Positions 1-10,501 of a stretch of 64,000 nucleotides of DNA are shown here, piece by piece. Position 1 is the first letter of the stretch. Every line of letters starts with the position of its first letter. The notes under the pieces were generated by a model. The model had not been told where the DNA came from and searched no databases. It saw only the letters and a list, made by a program, of their open reading frames with translations. The stretch lies in the sequence record NZ_CP015380.1, one strand, 5' to 3'. Made by a program: the position numbers and the translations under genes. The stretch comes from a plasmid.

Positions 1-270
1 GTCACAGAAACATAGCTGAAAGCAGCATTATATCTAGCTTTTAACTAGCCTAAAAAGATTTAAAAACATTAATAAAAAAGATCTTTTAAAAATATCGAGT
101 GTATATGTGGATAAGTGTGACCGAGAAATATGCACTATATGATGAAATTACGCTTCCTCACCAATTCGCTCACTGCGTTCGGTCATTGGTTGCGGCGAGC
201 GCTGCGGCTTTTTCTCTAAACTTTAGATCAAATCGTTACTTTTATGCGTTAGGACTTTACATTACAGTTT

Positions 271-1521
271 GTGTGTAGGATTATTGTATTAACTCATAAA
301 TGCTACATAAAAGGTAATGCAGTGAATAATGCCTATAAACAGATCGAAAAAGTGGCCGAACGTTCTGCACGCATGTTGCAATCATTAACTGAGCAAATTT
401 CATCGCAAAAGCAAGAACTGCAAGAAAATGTCTACTATCAAGTATATTCAAAAGCTGCAGTTGCAAAATTACCGAAGCTTACACGTGCAAACGTGGATTA
501 TGCCGTAAGCGAAATGGAAGCTAATGGGTATGCATTTGAAAAACGCCAAGCGGGTTCATCGATAAAGTATGCAATGACGCTGCAGAATATTATTGATTTA
601 TATCATCATCGTGGAGTACCTAAGTACCGTGATCGCCATTCTGATGCATTTACCTTTTTTGTCGGAAATTTGAAAGGTGGTGTCTCTAAGACGGTAAGTA
701 CAGTGTCATTGGCGCATGCATTGCGTACTCATCCCCATCTTATCTATGAAGATTTGCGAATTTTAGTCATCGATCTTGACCCTCAATCGTCAGCAACTAT
801 GTTTTTAAACCATGCCCAATCTATTGGCTCCATTGAAACAACGGCTGCTCAAGCAATGTTGCAAAACGTCAGTAGAGAAGAGTTACTGGAAGAGTTTATT
901 TTGCCTTCTGTTGTTCAAGGCGTAGATGTTATTGCAGCTTCAATTGAAGATGCTTTTATTGCATCTCGGTGGGAAGAACTTTGCTCTGAACATCTTCCTG
1001 ACCAAAATATTTATACGGTCTTAAAAGATAACATCATCATTAAATTAAGTAAGGATTATGACTTTATCTTTGTTGATAGCGGCCCTCATCTTGATGCATT
1101 TCTCTCAAATGCTATTGCAGCATCAAATATTTTAATGACACCAGTGCCTCCTGCTCAAGTTGATTTTCACTCAACACTTAAGTATCTAACTAGACTACCT
1201 GAACTAATTGAAATGATTGAAAAAACAGGTGCTACAACTAGCCTGATGGGCAACATTGGCTTTATGTCCAAACTTGTAAATAAGACAGATCACAAACTAT
1301 GTCACAGTTTGGCAAAAGAGATCTTTGGTGGAGATATGCTTGATGTTGCCTTACCGCGATTAGATGGGTTTGAGCGGTGTGGCGAATCATTTGATACGGT
1401 AATTTCAGCTAATCCAGCGACCTATGTAGGTAGTAGTGAAGCATTGAAGAATGCTAAGAGTGCTGCTGAAGATTTTGCTAAAGCAGTATTTGATCGTATT
1501 GAATTTATCCGTGCAAACTGA
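271..1521 (+). CDS. parA: ParA partition ATPase, P1/P7 type (type Ia, long N-terminal HTH form)
   Basis: 416-aa ORF. Near full-length similarity to P1 ParA as I recall it (…LTEQ…KLPKLTRANVDYAVSEME…KGGVSKTVSTVSLAHA…DFAKAVFDRIEFIR). Deviant Walker A KGGVSKT. The true start may be the GTG near 319, which follows an AAAGG ribosome-binding site. Confidence 0.9.
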   Translation: MCRIIVLTHKCYIKGNAVNNAYKQIEKVAERSARMLQSLTEQISSQKQELQENVYYQVYSKAAVAKLPKLTRANVDYAVSEMEANGYAFEKRQAGSSIKYAMTLQNIIDLYHHRGVPKYRDRHSDAFTFFVGNLKGGVSKTVSTVSLAHALRTHPHLIYEDLRILVIDLDPQSSATMFLNHAQSIGSIETTAAQAMLQNVSREELLEEFILPSVVQGVDVIAASIEDAFIASRWEELCSEHLPDQNIYTVLKDNIIIKLSKDYDFIFVDSGPHLDAFLSNAIAASNILMTPVPPAQVDFHSTLKYLTRLPELIEMIEKTGATTSLMGNIGFMSKLVNKTDHKLCHSLAKEIFGGDMLDVALPRLDGFERCGESFDTVISANPATYVGSSEALKNAKSAAEDFAKAVFDRIEFIRAN

Positions 1522-1528
1522 GGTTGCT

Positions 1529-2500
1529 ATGAATACGAAAAGAAAAACAATTGGTAGAACATTCAATGGCGCTCAGTTATCAAATGACGTTGAAAAACAA
1601 AAGGATAATCAACGGTTTACTTTATCTTCAGGTAAGACAGCAGTATTTAGCTTAGAGCACATCCCAGCCGATGATGTTGCTGAAAAAACTTTTGTGCAAT
1701 TGGTTGTCAACGGCCGAGATCAGAGCGGACTTACGGAGGCATCGCTTAGTGATATCACCAGAACAATTAAGTTGCAGCAATTCTTTCCTGCTATTGGATG
1801 TCGGGTCGGAGGGAAGATTGAGATTCTTGATGGATCACGCCGACGTGCAGCTGCGTTGTTATGTAACGTAGGGTTAGATATTTTAGTGACTCATGCCGAA
1901 CTTAGCATTGAGGATGCTCGCCAATTAGCTGCGGATATTCAAACAGCCAAGGAACACAATTTACGTGAAATTGGATTACGTTTGCTCCAGTTACGCGACA
2001 ATGGCATGAGTCAGAAAGAAATTGCAATGATAGAGAAGTTATCCACTGCAAAGGTTACTAGGGCTATTCAAGCGGCTTCTGTTCCTAATGAAATGGTTGC
2101 CATCTTCCCAGTACAGTCAGAGTTAACTTATCCAGATTATAAATTTTTACTCGACGTGCATTCTCAGATCCTCAAACATGCTATCTCAATAGAGATTTTA
2201 CTTAAGAATGTAAACGCAGCGAAAGAGCAAATTGATAACTTTGGATTTCTCCCGTCAGATGAACAGAAAAATATTCTCATTAGCCTTTTTAAACAAGAGA
2301 CCAAGAGTATTTTATCTCATGATAAAAATAAGAAGGCTATCCTTAATCCGTTATGGTCATTTGATGAAAAAGACGTCTATGCACGTAAGCGTATAAAAGA
2401 TCGGTCATTTAGCTATGAATTCAACCGTATGCCGAAGGTGTTTCAAGAAGAATTGGATCGAATGATCCAAATTGTCATTCGTAAGCACTTTCAAGAATAG
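1529..2500 (+). CDS. parB: ParB centromere-binding protein, P1 type
   Basis: ATG at 1529 follows a GAGG ribosome-binding site and overlaps the parA end. ParB box ILDGSRRRAAAL and C-terminal FSYEFNRMPKVFQEELDRMI match P1 ParB. Lies immediately downstream of parA. Confidence 0.9.
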   Translation: MNTKRKTIGRTFNGAQLSNDVEKQKDNQRFTLSSGKTAVFSLEHIPADDVAEKTFVQLVVNGRDQSGLTEASLSDITRTIKLQQFFPAIGCRVGGKIEILDGSRRRAAALLCNVGLDILVTHAELSIEDARQLAADIQTAKEHNLREIGLRLLQLRDNGMSQKEIAMIEKLSTAKVTRAIQAASVPNEMVAIFPVQSELTYPDYKFLLDVHSQILKHAISIEILLKNVNAAKEQIDNFGFLPSDEQKNILISLFKQETKSILSHDKNKKAILNPLWSFDEKDVYARKRIKDRSFSYEFNRMPKVFQEELDRMIQIVIRKHFQE

Positions 2501-2600
2501 TTCGCCATCGTGGTTTTATTGTTAACTATTTGTCTTTAATGGTGATTTGTTTTTTATTTCACCCTGAAATCGCCATGCTGTTTGGTTATCAAAAGCTACT
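2500..2600. promoter_or_regulatory. parS: candidate parS centromere (P1-like box A ATTTCAC and box B TCGCCA motifs)
   Basis: TCGCCATCGTGG at 2503. ATTTCACCCTGAAATCGCCATG at about 2556-2578 (box A, inverted box A and box B). Position is directly downstream of parB, as in P1. Confidence 0.45.
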
Positions 2601-2944
2601 CAATTTTCATTACCTGAATTAAAGAAGCTAGAGTAGTCGCTTGCGCGGCCTCAGTGGCTTATGCGTATTGAGCTAGTAGCAAATGGATTTTGCTACATTT
2701 AATCTCTCTCGAGGGGAATTCCTCGCAGCTTTCGGCGAAGCTAGTATATCTTACCAAACCATTTTTAGTTGCCTTACCGACAATTATTTACGCACGCATT
2801 AGCTCCGGTGATAGGTGTAAAATAAAGTGAAAGTAACGACAAATCAGGGGGAGGTTATTGTGAGGAGCAAGTGCTACATGGCGGATAAGCGCTCAAAGTG
2901 AATTATCTGGCTAATTGGAGTGTAGTGGTACACTGAATTTGGCC

Positions 2945-2983
2945 ACCTGAACAGAGGTGATATGCTCACCTCTGTTCAGGTGC
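2945..2983. repeat. perfect inverted repeat with 17-bp arms and 5-nt spacer (CACCTGAACAGAGGTGA-tatgc-TCACCTCTGTTCAGGTG)
   Basis: Read directly from the sequence. No T-tract follows. It could be a protein-binding site or a stem-loop. Confidence 0.6.
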
Positions 2984-3504
2984 TCTAATGAAAAGAAGAA
3001 GTTTCAGCGCAGAATTATCCGTAAATTGCTGAATCGTGTGAGCCAAGTAGCCATCAAGAAGCACGAAGTGTTCCTGATGAATGGGCTCGGTTCGTAAGGT
3101 TATTTATCTGGTGAGCATAAATACGTCAAAAAATGGAGTATGTCGATCCTGAACTGGTGGTTGGCAATGAGTCGTTTTATTATTGAGTTCGGTAATCAGC
3201 TCTAATACGGTGGCACTTGCATAGAATTCTCAATCTAAATTGCGATAATAATCCTTCCATGTGGAAAACCTTGCTATTGAAGCCACCCTTTTAAATATCC
3301 CCTCATTTTTTGCTCTAATTTTTTATTATCCTTTCCGTACTCTACAGCGGAAGACAATCCTTCCAAAACCATCTAGAAAAATCTTAAAAGCAGTAACTAG
3401 AGCATATTTATTATCAGGGATAACAAACTGTTACTCTTTGCTCTCACATTCAGACTTAAATCCTTTCCTTACTAAGATCAATCATTCATATACAGAAATT
3501 TAAC

Positions 3505-4167
3505 CGATCTGATATCAACGTTAGCTTATCGCGAAAAATGGTGCTAACAAACATGTTAACTCAAGCTCTCCTTAATCTGATAAATAACTAGATATAATCA
3601 ATACAGAGAAAAATCTTAAGCGGATAACTTAGTCAACAATCAAAAGCATTACCTTACTCCAGCGCTATCAAAATCAGATTGGAATTTATGTCTTATATAT
3701 TTTCCTAGAGCCAAATTTTTAAATCATTAAGAATAAACCACTTAAGTTTAAGGTTTATATAACATCAATATGTTGCATTTTTGTAATTTAAATTATTTAA
3801 AAATAAAACCATGGGGAATTATCCTAATTCATAATTGGATTAACTAGGAATATTCCAAATAAAACCAGATATCAGGACTTTTATTCCAACAACGGCACAA
3901 GCATTGTTAACAAACGATCTGAATCTCTAAGGATAAAATAACAATTAGAAAAATATACCGAATTCTTTTTATTGATTAGCAAAGCCTTTTATGTATAAAC
4001 AAAATAATTGTAATATTGATTTGTTAAATGGATTTATGAAATATCTTTCATTTAATAAAAATCGATATTTAAAACCACTGAATAAAATAGAGTAGCAAGT
4101 ACATAAATTTTCAATATGTGCTGTTACTTATTGATAGCAATACGCTAAATCTCTAGGAATATACAAT
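3505..4167. promoter_or_regulatory. AT-rich upstream regulatory region of the fimbrial operon
   Basis: About 660 bp of strongly AT-rich non-coding DNA precede the major subunit gene. This is typical of H-NS-silenced fimbrial promoters. No flanking inverted repeats suggesting an invertible switch were seen. Confidence 0.3.
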
Positions 4168-4710
4168 ATGCAAACGAATAAACTGGTAATTATTGCAGCT
4201 TTAGCTGCTGGCATGACGTCTATGACTGCATTCGCGGCTTACACTGGTTCTCCAACTACAGGTGAAATTCAATTCCAGGGCGAACTGGTTAACTCTGCCT
4301 GTGGTTTAGCGCCATCATCTAGCCCAGTGGTTGTTGATTTTGGTCAGATCCCAACTTCTGCTTTAGCTAATGGCCAGCAAGCTGGCAATATTCAGAAGAA
4401 TATTGAATTGCAGGACTGCGATACTACTGTGGCAAAAACTGCGACTGTTACCTATAACCCAAATACGATTAATACAGCCGATAATACCTTAGCTGCCTTC
4501 ACTTCTGGCACTGCTTCAGGCGCAGGTATCGGTCTGAAAGACAACGCAAGTAACAACGTGGCTTGGGGCCAAAAAATGACAGCTGTTCAGTTGGTTAACG
4601 GTACTAACAAGATCCCATTTGTCGCTTATCTGAAAGCTGACAATGCATCAGGTGCTGTGACTCCAGGTGCATTCCAATCTACCGTTAACTTCCAGATTGA
4701 TTATCAATAA
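4168..4710 (+). CDS. fimbrial major subunit (type 1/MR/P-like pilin)
   Basis: Signal peptide, Cys pair, and the C-terminal donor-strand motif ending …TVNFQIDYQ. Confidence 0.85.
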   Translation: MQTNKLVIIAALAAGMTSMTAFAAYTGSPTTGEIQFQGELVNSACGLAPSSSPVVVDFGQIPTSALANGQQAGNIQKNIELQDCDTTVAKTATVTYNPNTINTADNTLAAFTSGTASGAGIGLKDNASNNVAWGQKMTAVQLVNGTNKIPFVAYLKADNASGAVTPGAFQSTVNFQIDYQ

Positions 4711-4721
4711 ATCAGCCGTAC

Positions 4722-4750
4722 AACGCGGGAGCATTCCCGCGTTTAATTTC
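4722..4750 (+). terminator. intra-operon stem-loop terminator/attenuator after the major pilin gene
   Basis: AACGCGGGA-gcatt-CCCGCGTT hairpin followed by TAATTTCA. This is the classic position for pilin-to-assembly-gene stoichiometry control. Confidence 0.55.
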
Positions 4751-4788
4751 ACCCTTGGATAGAACATTATTCCTGACAGGGAGACATC

Positions 4789-5331
4789 ATGTTTATCCGC
4801 AGCTGGCTATATATCGCTATCGGTGTCATTCCGATCTTTGCCCATGCGCAAACAGGAAATATAACACCGGGTAGCCTAAGTATAAAAGGTGAATTAATCG
4901 AAGCTGCCTGTGTGATTGATCCACTCTACCGAGAACAGTGGCTCGAGTTTGGAAATATCTCAGCGAGGGATATAGCGCAAGGTTCCGGCGTGTTACTCAC
5001 AAAAAATTTTAATATCAAACTAACCGGTTGTGCATTGGCTAGCGTTATAAAACCCGGCAATTATTACCATAGCGCAAACGTAACATTCACCGGCATACCT
5101 GACTCATCCGATAACCAACTATTAGCCATTGACGGGGAAGCTAGAGGCTTTGCAATTCAATTAGCTGATACTCATGGTGAAATATTAACGCTAGGTAAGA
5201 ACACACCAGATTATGCCTTGATGGATGGTGACAACATTTTGAATTTCAGCGCGTCACTCGTTTCAACAGGGCGAAATATTCGTGCTGGCGATTTCTACGC
5301 TACGGCACGTTTTTTCATGGATTACCTGTAA
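4789..5331 (+). CDS. fimbrial subunit (FimI/MrpB-like)
   Basis: Signal peptide, pilin-like Cys pair, C-terminal Y-x-A-x-A…F motif. Paralogous to the 8811 ORF. Confidence 0.7.
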   Translation: MFIRSWLYIAIGVIPIFAHAQTGNITPGSLSIKGELIEAACVIDPLYREQWLEFGNISARDIAQGSGVLLTKNFNIKLTGCALASVIKPGNYYHSANVTFTGIPDSSDNQLLAIDGEARGFAIQLADTHGEILTLGKNTPDYALMDGDNILNFSASLVSTGRNIRAGDFYATARFFMDYL

Positions 5332-5509
5332 CTCCACGGCAGGTTAGCTATGTCTATCCAAAATAATTCAAGCCGCATTGGGGTGAAAAAAGTAAGCACC
5401 GTTAATAAAGATGCAGCTTGAAGTATGAAGGGAATATCTGATGGGGGGCGTTTTAGCTCGCTCTTAAGGGCTGCGCATGACAGCCGGTAAAATATAACGT
5501 AGTGATATT

Positions 5510-7984
5510 ATGCTTTATTCACCGAAAACGAAAAAAAATTTACTGGCTGTTTTGATCGTCCTGTTTTGCTACAGCGACAGGGTCACGGCCGATCCTATGG
5601 TGGAATTTAACACCGACGTTTTAGACGCGTCCGATCGTAAAAATGTCGATTTAAAGAGATTCTCATCCGATAACTATGTCGTTCCAGGGAATTATCTTTT
5701 AGATATCCGTGTTAATGGCCAAGCAGTATCACAGCAAAACGTAATCTATCGCGCCACAGCTAATAATGCTGACACCAGCTTTGTCTGCTTGACGCCAGAA
5801 CAGGTCGATTTTCTCGCTTTAAAAAAAGAAGCACAGGAGAAAATACAACACGTTGACCCACAGTGCCTCGACATCAAAGCGATCCCTGGCGTTGAACTCA
5901 ACAACCATGAAGGGATTCTGGATATCACCGTACCGCAAGCATGGATGAAATATAACGATCCTGATTGGGTACCGCCAGAACGCTGGGATGACGGCGTGGC
6001 AGGCTTAGTATTTGATTACAGCCTTTCTGGCCAGATGACTCACCAGCTTAAAGAAGGTGATAGCACACACTCATTGTCAGCCTATGGTCAAACCGGTTTT
6101 AACGCCGGTGCTTGGCGTATGCGTGGTGAATATCAGGCAAATTACGACAATGATGGCCAGCATAATCTTGACTGGAATCAGGTGTATGCCTACCGCCCGC
6201 TGCCAAGTCTGGCGTCAAAACTGACCGTTGGCGAAATCTATCTTAACTCACAGGTTTTTGACACCGTACGCTTCACCGGTATCAACATGATTAGCGATGA
6301 GCGTATGTTGCCGCCAAGCCTGCAGGGCTACGCGCCTGAAATTCACGGTATCGCAAAAAGCAACGCAAAGGTCACCGTTAGCCAAAGTGGCCGCGTTATT
6401 TATGAAACGACCGTGCCAGCGGGACCATTTAATATTCAGGACTTACGCAGTTCTGTGCGCGGTACGTTGGACGTAAAAGTTGAAGAACAAGATGGTTCGG
6501 TTTCGATTTTTCAAGTCAATACCGTCAATATCCCGTATCTCACACGCCCTGGCTATGTGCGCTACAACACCTCTATCGGTAAGCCATCACGCTATAACCA
6601 CCAGTTAGAAGGGCCGGCTTTTTACGTCGGAGATTTTTCATGGGGGATCAGCAATGCATGGTCACTGTACGGAGGCACCATGCTGACGGGTAATGACTAC
6701 AACGCATGGTCTTTAGGTCTTGGCCGCGACCTGAATGTGCTTGGCGCATTATCTGCTGACGTGACGCAATCCATCAGCCGCGTCCCCAATCAAGATAGCC
6801 AAAAAGGGATGTCCTTTAAGCTTAGCTACGCTAAAACCTTCGACGAATATAACAGTGCAATCACCTTTGCAGGCTACCGCTTTTCTCAAAAGACTTTCCG
6901 TTCTCTCTCTCAATATCTTGATGAGCGTTACCAGAAATACGACAACGTGGGTCGAGAAAAAGAGATGTACACCATTACGGGTAATAAAACCTTTTGGGCT
7001 GACAATCCTGACTGGGCGACCACCATGTTTCTTACCTACACCCATCAAAACTACTGGGATCGCAGCGGGCAAGATCGTTACGGAATCACGCTTGGGCGTT
7101 CTTTCCGATTGGCTGGTGTCAATGGCATCACGGCGAACGTATCAGCTTGGCGTTCAGACTATCAGGGCCGACGCGATGACAGTTTTGCCCTCTCGCTCTC
7201 CATCCCGATCGGCGATAGCCGCTGGATGGGCTATGACCTGCAAAACAGCGCAGGCAGCACGACTCAGTTAGCGTCTTATAGCGATAACAGCGACTACAAC
7301 AACCTGTGGCGAGTACGGGCCGGTTTAGGTCAAAACGATCGCGCAGCGATGGACGGTTATTACCAGCATCGCTCTCAGATGGCCGAACTCAACGCTAACT
7401 TGAGTTATCAGCAATCTCGCTATGTTTCTGTCGGCGGCACCATGCGCGGTGGATTTACCGCCACGCAATATGGAGCGGCCTTGCATAACAGCAGTGCGAC
7501 GCTCGATACGGCTCGCATCATGGTGGATACCAGCGGCATCGCCGGTGTTCCTCTTAATGGTAAGCATGCTTGGACCAACAGCCAAGGTGTCGCAGTCGTA
7601 CCTGATGTCGTGAGCTACAACAGTTTTGATACTCGAATCGACGTTGATGCGCTGGATGAGGATATCGAAGCCAGCAAAGCAATTTCGACAACGACGCTCA
7701 CCGAAGGGGCTATTGGTTATCAGCGCTTTGCTGTTGCTCAGGGTGAAAAAATGATGGCACTCATTCGCCTTGCTGATGGTTCTTTCCCTCCGTTTGGTTC
7801 AGAAATCGTCAATCGCGACGGCGTGAGCGTGGCCATGGTGATGGATAACGGTATGGCGTGGATCGCGGGTGTGACTCCAAGGGAAACACTCTCAGCCAAT
7901 TGGAACGGCAAGGGCCAGTGCCAACTGAAAATTCCTGACCATAACCTTAACTCTTCCAAACAATTACTACTGCCTTGCCAGTGA
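5510..7984 (+). CDS. fimbrial outer-membrane usher (PapC/FimD family)
   Basis: 824 aa, signal peptide, typical usher length and motifs, C-terminal Cys pair. Confidence 0.9.
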   Translation: MLYSPKTKKNLLAVLIVLFCYSDRVTADPMVEFNTDVLDASDRKNVDLKRFSSDNYVVPGNYLLDIRVNGQAVSQQNVIYRATANNADTSFVCLTPEQVDFLALKKEAQEKIQHVDPQCLDIKAIPGVELNNHEGILDITVPQAWMKYNDPDWVPPERWDDGVAGLVFDYSLSGQMTHQLKEGDSTHSLSAYGQTGFNAGAWRMRGEYQANYDNDGQHNLDWNQVYAYRPLPSLASKLTVGEIYLNSQVFDTVRFTGINMISDERMLPPSLQGYAPEIHGIAKSNAKVTVSQSGRVIYETTVPAGPFNIQDLRSSVRGTLDVKVEEQDGSVSIFQVNTVNIPYLTRPGYVRYNTSIGKPSRYNHQLEGPAFYVGDFSWGISNAWSLYGGTMLTGNDYNAWSLGLGRDLNVLGALSADVTQSISRVPNQDSQKGMSFKLSYAKTFDEYNSAITFAGYRFSQKTFRSLSQYLDERYQKYDNVGREKEMYTITGNKTFWADNPDWATTMFLTYTHQNYWDRSGQDRYGITLGRSFRLAGVNGITANVSAWRSDYQGRRDDSFALSLSIPIGDSRWMGYDLQNSAGSTTQLASYSDNSDYNNLWRVRAGLGQNDRAAMDGYYQHRSQMAELNANLSYQQSRYVSVGGTMRGGFTATQYGAALHNSSATLDTARIMVDTSGIAGVPLNGKHAWTNSQGVAVVPDVVSYNSFDTRIDVDALDEDIEASKAISTTTLTEGAIGYQRFAVAQGEKMMALIRLADGSFPPFGSEIVNRDGVSVAMVMDNGMAWIAGVTPRETLSANWNGKGQCQLKIPDHNLNSSKQLLLPCQ

Positions 7985-8031
7985 AATAACGACCGCTTTA
8001 TGGCGGCCTACTTAATAGCGAAAGGAATAAT

Positions 8032-8793
8032 ATGAACAAATTAACAGTCAAACGTTGGCTAAGCACGCTATGCCTATTCAGCGCCATTACAGGAAGCGCA
8101 CACGCAGGGATCTCATTGGATCGCACCCGCCTCATTATCACGGGTAACGATCGCTCGGCCAGCGCTAACCTGAGCAACACCAGTCCTGATATTCCTTTTT
8201 TAGCCCAGTCTTGGGTTGAAGATGCTGAAGGCAAAAAAGTCACTTCACCGTTAGTGGTACTGCCTCCTCTCCAGCGAATTAACGGGGGGCAAAAAGGCGT
8301 GGCTCGTATCACTAAGACCAATGGCATCGATGATTTACCACAGGATCGTGAAAGCCTGTTTTATCTCAATGTCAGAGAAATTCCGCCTAAACCGACAAAG
8401 CCAAACGTGTTGCAGTTAGCTATGCAGTCACGCATTAAGATCTTTTACCGCCCTAGCGCCATCGTGCCAAAGAGCAAAGGTGAGATATGGCAAAACCAAG
8501 TCGTTTTCCATAAGCAATCTGGCAACCGGATGACAATTGAAAATCCAACGCCTTACTACATCACGATTATTGGTTTGGCGCAGAAAACGGTGAAAGAAGG
8601 CGGAGGCAAACTGACTCAATTTCCTGGGGTATTGGTTGCACCGAAGTCATCACTCGATATTGACGTCACTAATTCCGCGGTGAGCAGTTTCGCGATGATG
8701 TACATCAACGATTATGGCGGTCATCCCGAACTGAAGTACAGCTGCCAAGGAAGCGTGTGTAAGGCATTACCTGCCGATCAGCAGCCTCGCTGA
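8032..8793 (+). CDS. periplasmic pilus chaperone (PapD/FimC family)
   Basis: 253 aa, signal peptide, LIITGNDRSASANLSNTS and other conserved chaperone N-domain motifs. Confidence 0.9.
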   Translation: MNKLTVKRWLSTLCLFSAITGSAHAGISLDRTRLIITGNDRSASANLSNTSPDIPFLAQSWVEDAEGKKVTSPLVVLPPLQRINGGQKGVARITKTNGIDDLPQDRESLFYLNVREIPPKPTKPNVLQLAMQSRIKIFYRPSAIVPKSKGEIWQNQVVFHKQSGNRMTIENPTPYYITIIGLAQKTVKEGGGKLTQFPGVLVAPKSSLDIDVTNSAVSSFAMMYINDYGGHPELKYSCQGSVCKALPADQQPR

Positions 8794-8810
8794 CCTACAT
8801 AAAGGAGGAT

Positions 8811-9425
8811 GTGATGAAACAGTTCCGGTTACCGATAATCGTATTAGCCGCAATGCCGCTCATGTTGCAGGCAGCACCGACCTTTCGACAAGATTTCAGT
8901 CATGTCGAAGGGGAAAACGGCGTCGTGCATTTCTCTGGATATGTTTATGTTGCCCCCTGTGTGCTCGATCCCCAATCTCGTGAGCAATACATCGATCTGG
9001 GAGATATCAGCGCTCGGCTGTTTCATCAGTCAGGAGACCGCAGCAAGCTCATTCCTTTCACACTGCGTCTTCGTGATTGTTTGAGAGGCGCCTCTCAGTC
9101 CGCAAGCGATATAACAAGTTACAGCGTCGGCCAACCGACTCATCGCTACACCAGCGGTGAACAGGCGGTTTCTCTCCGCCTAGAAGGGGAATCGTCTCCA
9201 ATAAACCAAGACCTATTACGTATCCAAGGCGCCGTCAAAGGCGCTGGAATTCGCCTGCTTGATGACAAAGGACACGCATTAGAGCTTAACCAAAAAGCAA
9301 ACACTTGGCTGCTCTCTCCCGGCGATAACGAACTACAGCTTAATGCCGCACTGGAATCCACACAGTCGAGCATCAGCGCCGGTGACTTTCGCAGCCTACT
9401 GCGGCTAATCATGGAGTATCAGTAA
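8811..9425 (+). CDS. fimbrial minor subunit
   Basis: Signal peptide, pilin fold signature, C-terminal …LIMEYQ. Confidence 0.7.
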   Translation: MMKQFRLPIIVLAAMPLMLQAAPTFRQDFSHVEGENGVVHFSGYVYVAPCVLDPQSREQYIDLGDISARLFHQSGDRSKLIPFTLRLRDCLRGASQSASDITSYSVGQPTHRYTSGEQAVSLRLEGESSPINQDLLRIQGAVKGAGIRLLDDKGHALELNQKANTWLLSPGDNELQLNAALESTQSSISAGDFRSLLRLIMEYQ

Positions 9426-10483
9426 TGAAAAAAGTAAATCAGTTTAGCCGCCGTTGGAGTACTGCTCTCGTTCTTGCTGCGCTCGCGTATACATCAAGCG
9501 CCCAAGCTTGGATCGAAGGCGAAGTCGAACCTAACAGCGGTACACATACGTATGACTTCGATCTGGAAACGATGGATATCTCCAACAACGTCGTGGGGGG
9601 AACCATCTCTAAGTCATGGGATTTGGGCGGTAATTTCGGCGTCACCGAATACTGTACTCAACGGATTAATGACGCTCGTTATTACTCAACGACGTCAACC
9701 ATGACCCCATCAACGTCAAATCCGGGCTACTACCGCTTAAATGAATATTTTGACGTTAAAGTAGAGGTCTGGATTGCAGGGAATCGAAGCGAATATGTGA
9801 CGTCGCCCTTTACCGATGAAACCAACCGTTATAGTGAAGCCTGTAAGCCGCCGTCATCTCGTTTTAACAACGTGCGTTCGGGGTCAAAAGGTAAAATAAC
9901 CTTCCGTGTCACCAAACCCGTTATTAACGGTATTGTATTGGTCGATCACGAACTGGTGAAGGTATTTGGTCGTCGTGGATTATTATCCGCAGGAGTTTTA
10001 TCCGGCGAGGCATTATCCACTATTAATATTCGCTCTGGCATTATTACCGTTCCAGATAAATGTATTATTAACCAAGGTACGCCAATTAGCGTCGAATTTG
10101 GAGCCATCCCTAATACCAGTGAAAAGCTAAATGGCAATAATTATGTGCAACAAGTCCCTATTCAAGTTCAGTGTAAAGGGGGCAGTTTCGATACGGGATA
10201 CCTTAATATAAAAATGGGTATTCAGTCTGCCGGTTCTGGTGTGGCAAGTTTTAACTCTGACTATTTGGGTACAAATGGCGCAAACGATCGTCGCGATCTT
10301 GGCATTGTCATAAAAGATTCATCAGGTAGCACGGTAGTCCCCAATCAATTCTACGACGTTCCTGGGTTTAATAATAACCAAGGTGTATGGAATTTAACCG
10401 CGGCACCGATTGCGAAACCGGGCAGTATTATTCCTGAAGGGGAATTCGATGCTGCAGCTACCGTCGTCGCACAGTTTCAATAA
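9425..10483 (+). CDS. fimbrial tip adhesin (two-domain, FimH/MrpH-like)
   Basis: 352 aa. Signal peptide, long N-terminal (lectin-like) region, then a C-terminal pilin domain ending …VVAQFQ. Start overlaps the preceding stop (ATGA). Confidence 0.6.
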   Translation: MKKVNQFSRRWSTALVLAALAYTSSAQAWIEGEVEPNSGTHTYDFDLETMDISNNVVGGTISKSWDLGGNFGVTEYCTQRINDARYYSTTSTMTPSTSNPGYYRLNEYFDVKVEVWIAGNRSEYVTSPFTDETNRYSEACKPPSSRFNNVRSGSKGKITFRVTKPVINGIVLVDHELVKVFGRRGLLSAGVLSGEALSTINIRSGIITVPDKCIINQGTPISVEFGAIPNTSEKLNGNNYVQQVPIQVQCKGGSFDTGYLNIKMGIQSAGSGVASFNSDYLGTNGANDRRDLGIVIKDSSGSTVVPNQFYDVPGFNNNQGVWNLTAAPIAKPGSIIPEGEFDAAATVVAQFQ

Positions 10484-10501
10484 CCAAGGAGAATAGCAAC
10501 G

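Noticed and set aside
1671-1871. 66-aa ORF inside parB
   Set aside because: Alternative-frame ORF nested within a well-supported ParB coding sequence.
2600-3260. Possible tRNA or tmRNA integration site between parB and the fimbrial operon
   Set aside because: I could not find a convincing acceptor/T-arm (GTTCGAATCC-type) motif or CCA end by eye. Left uncalled. A tRNAscan run would settle it.
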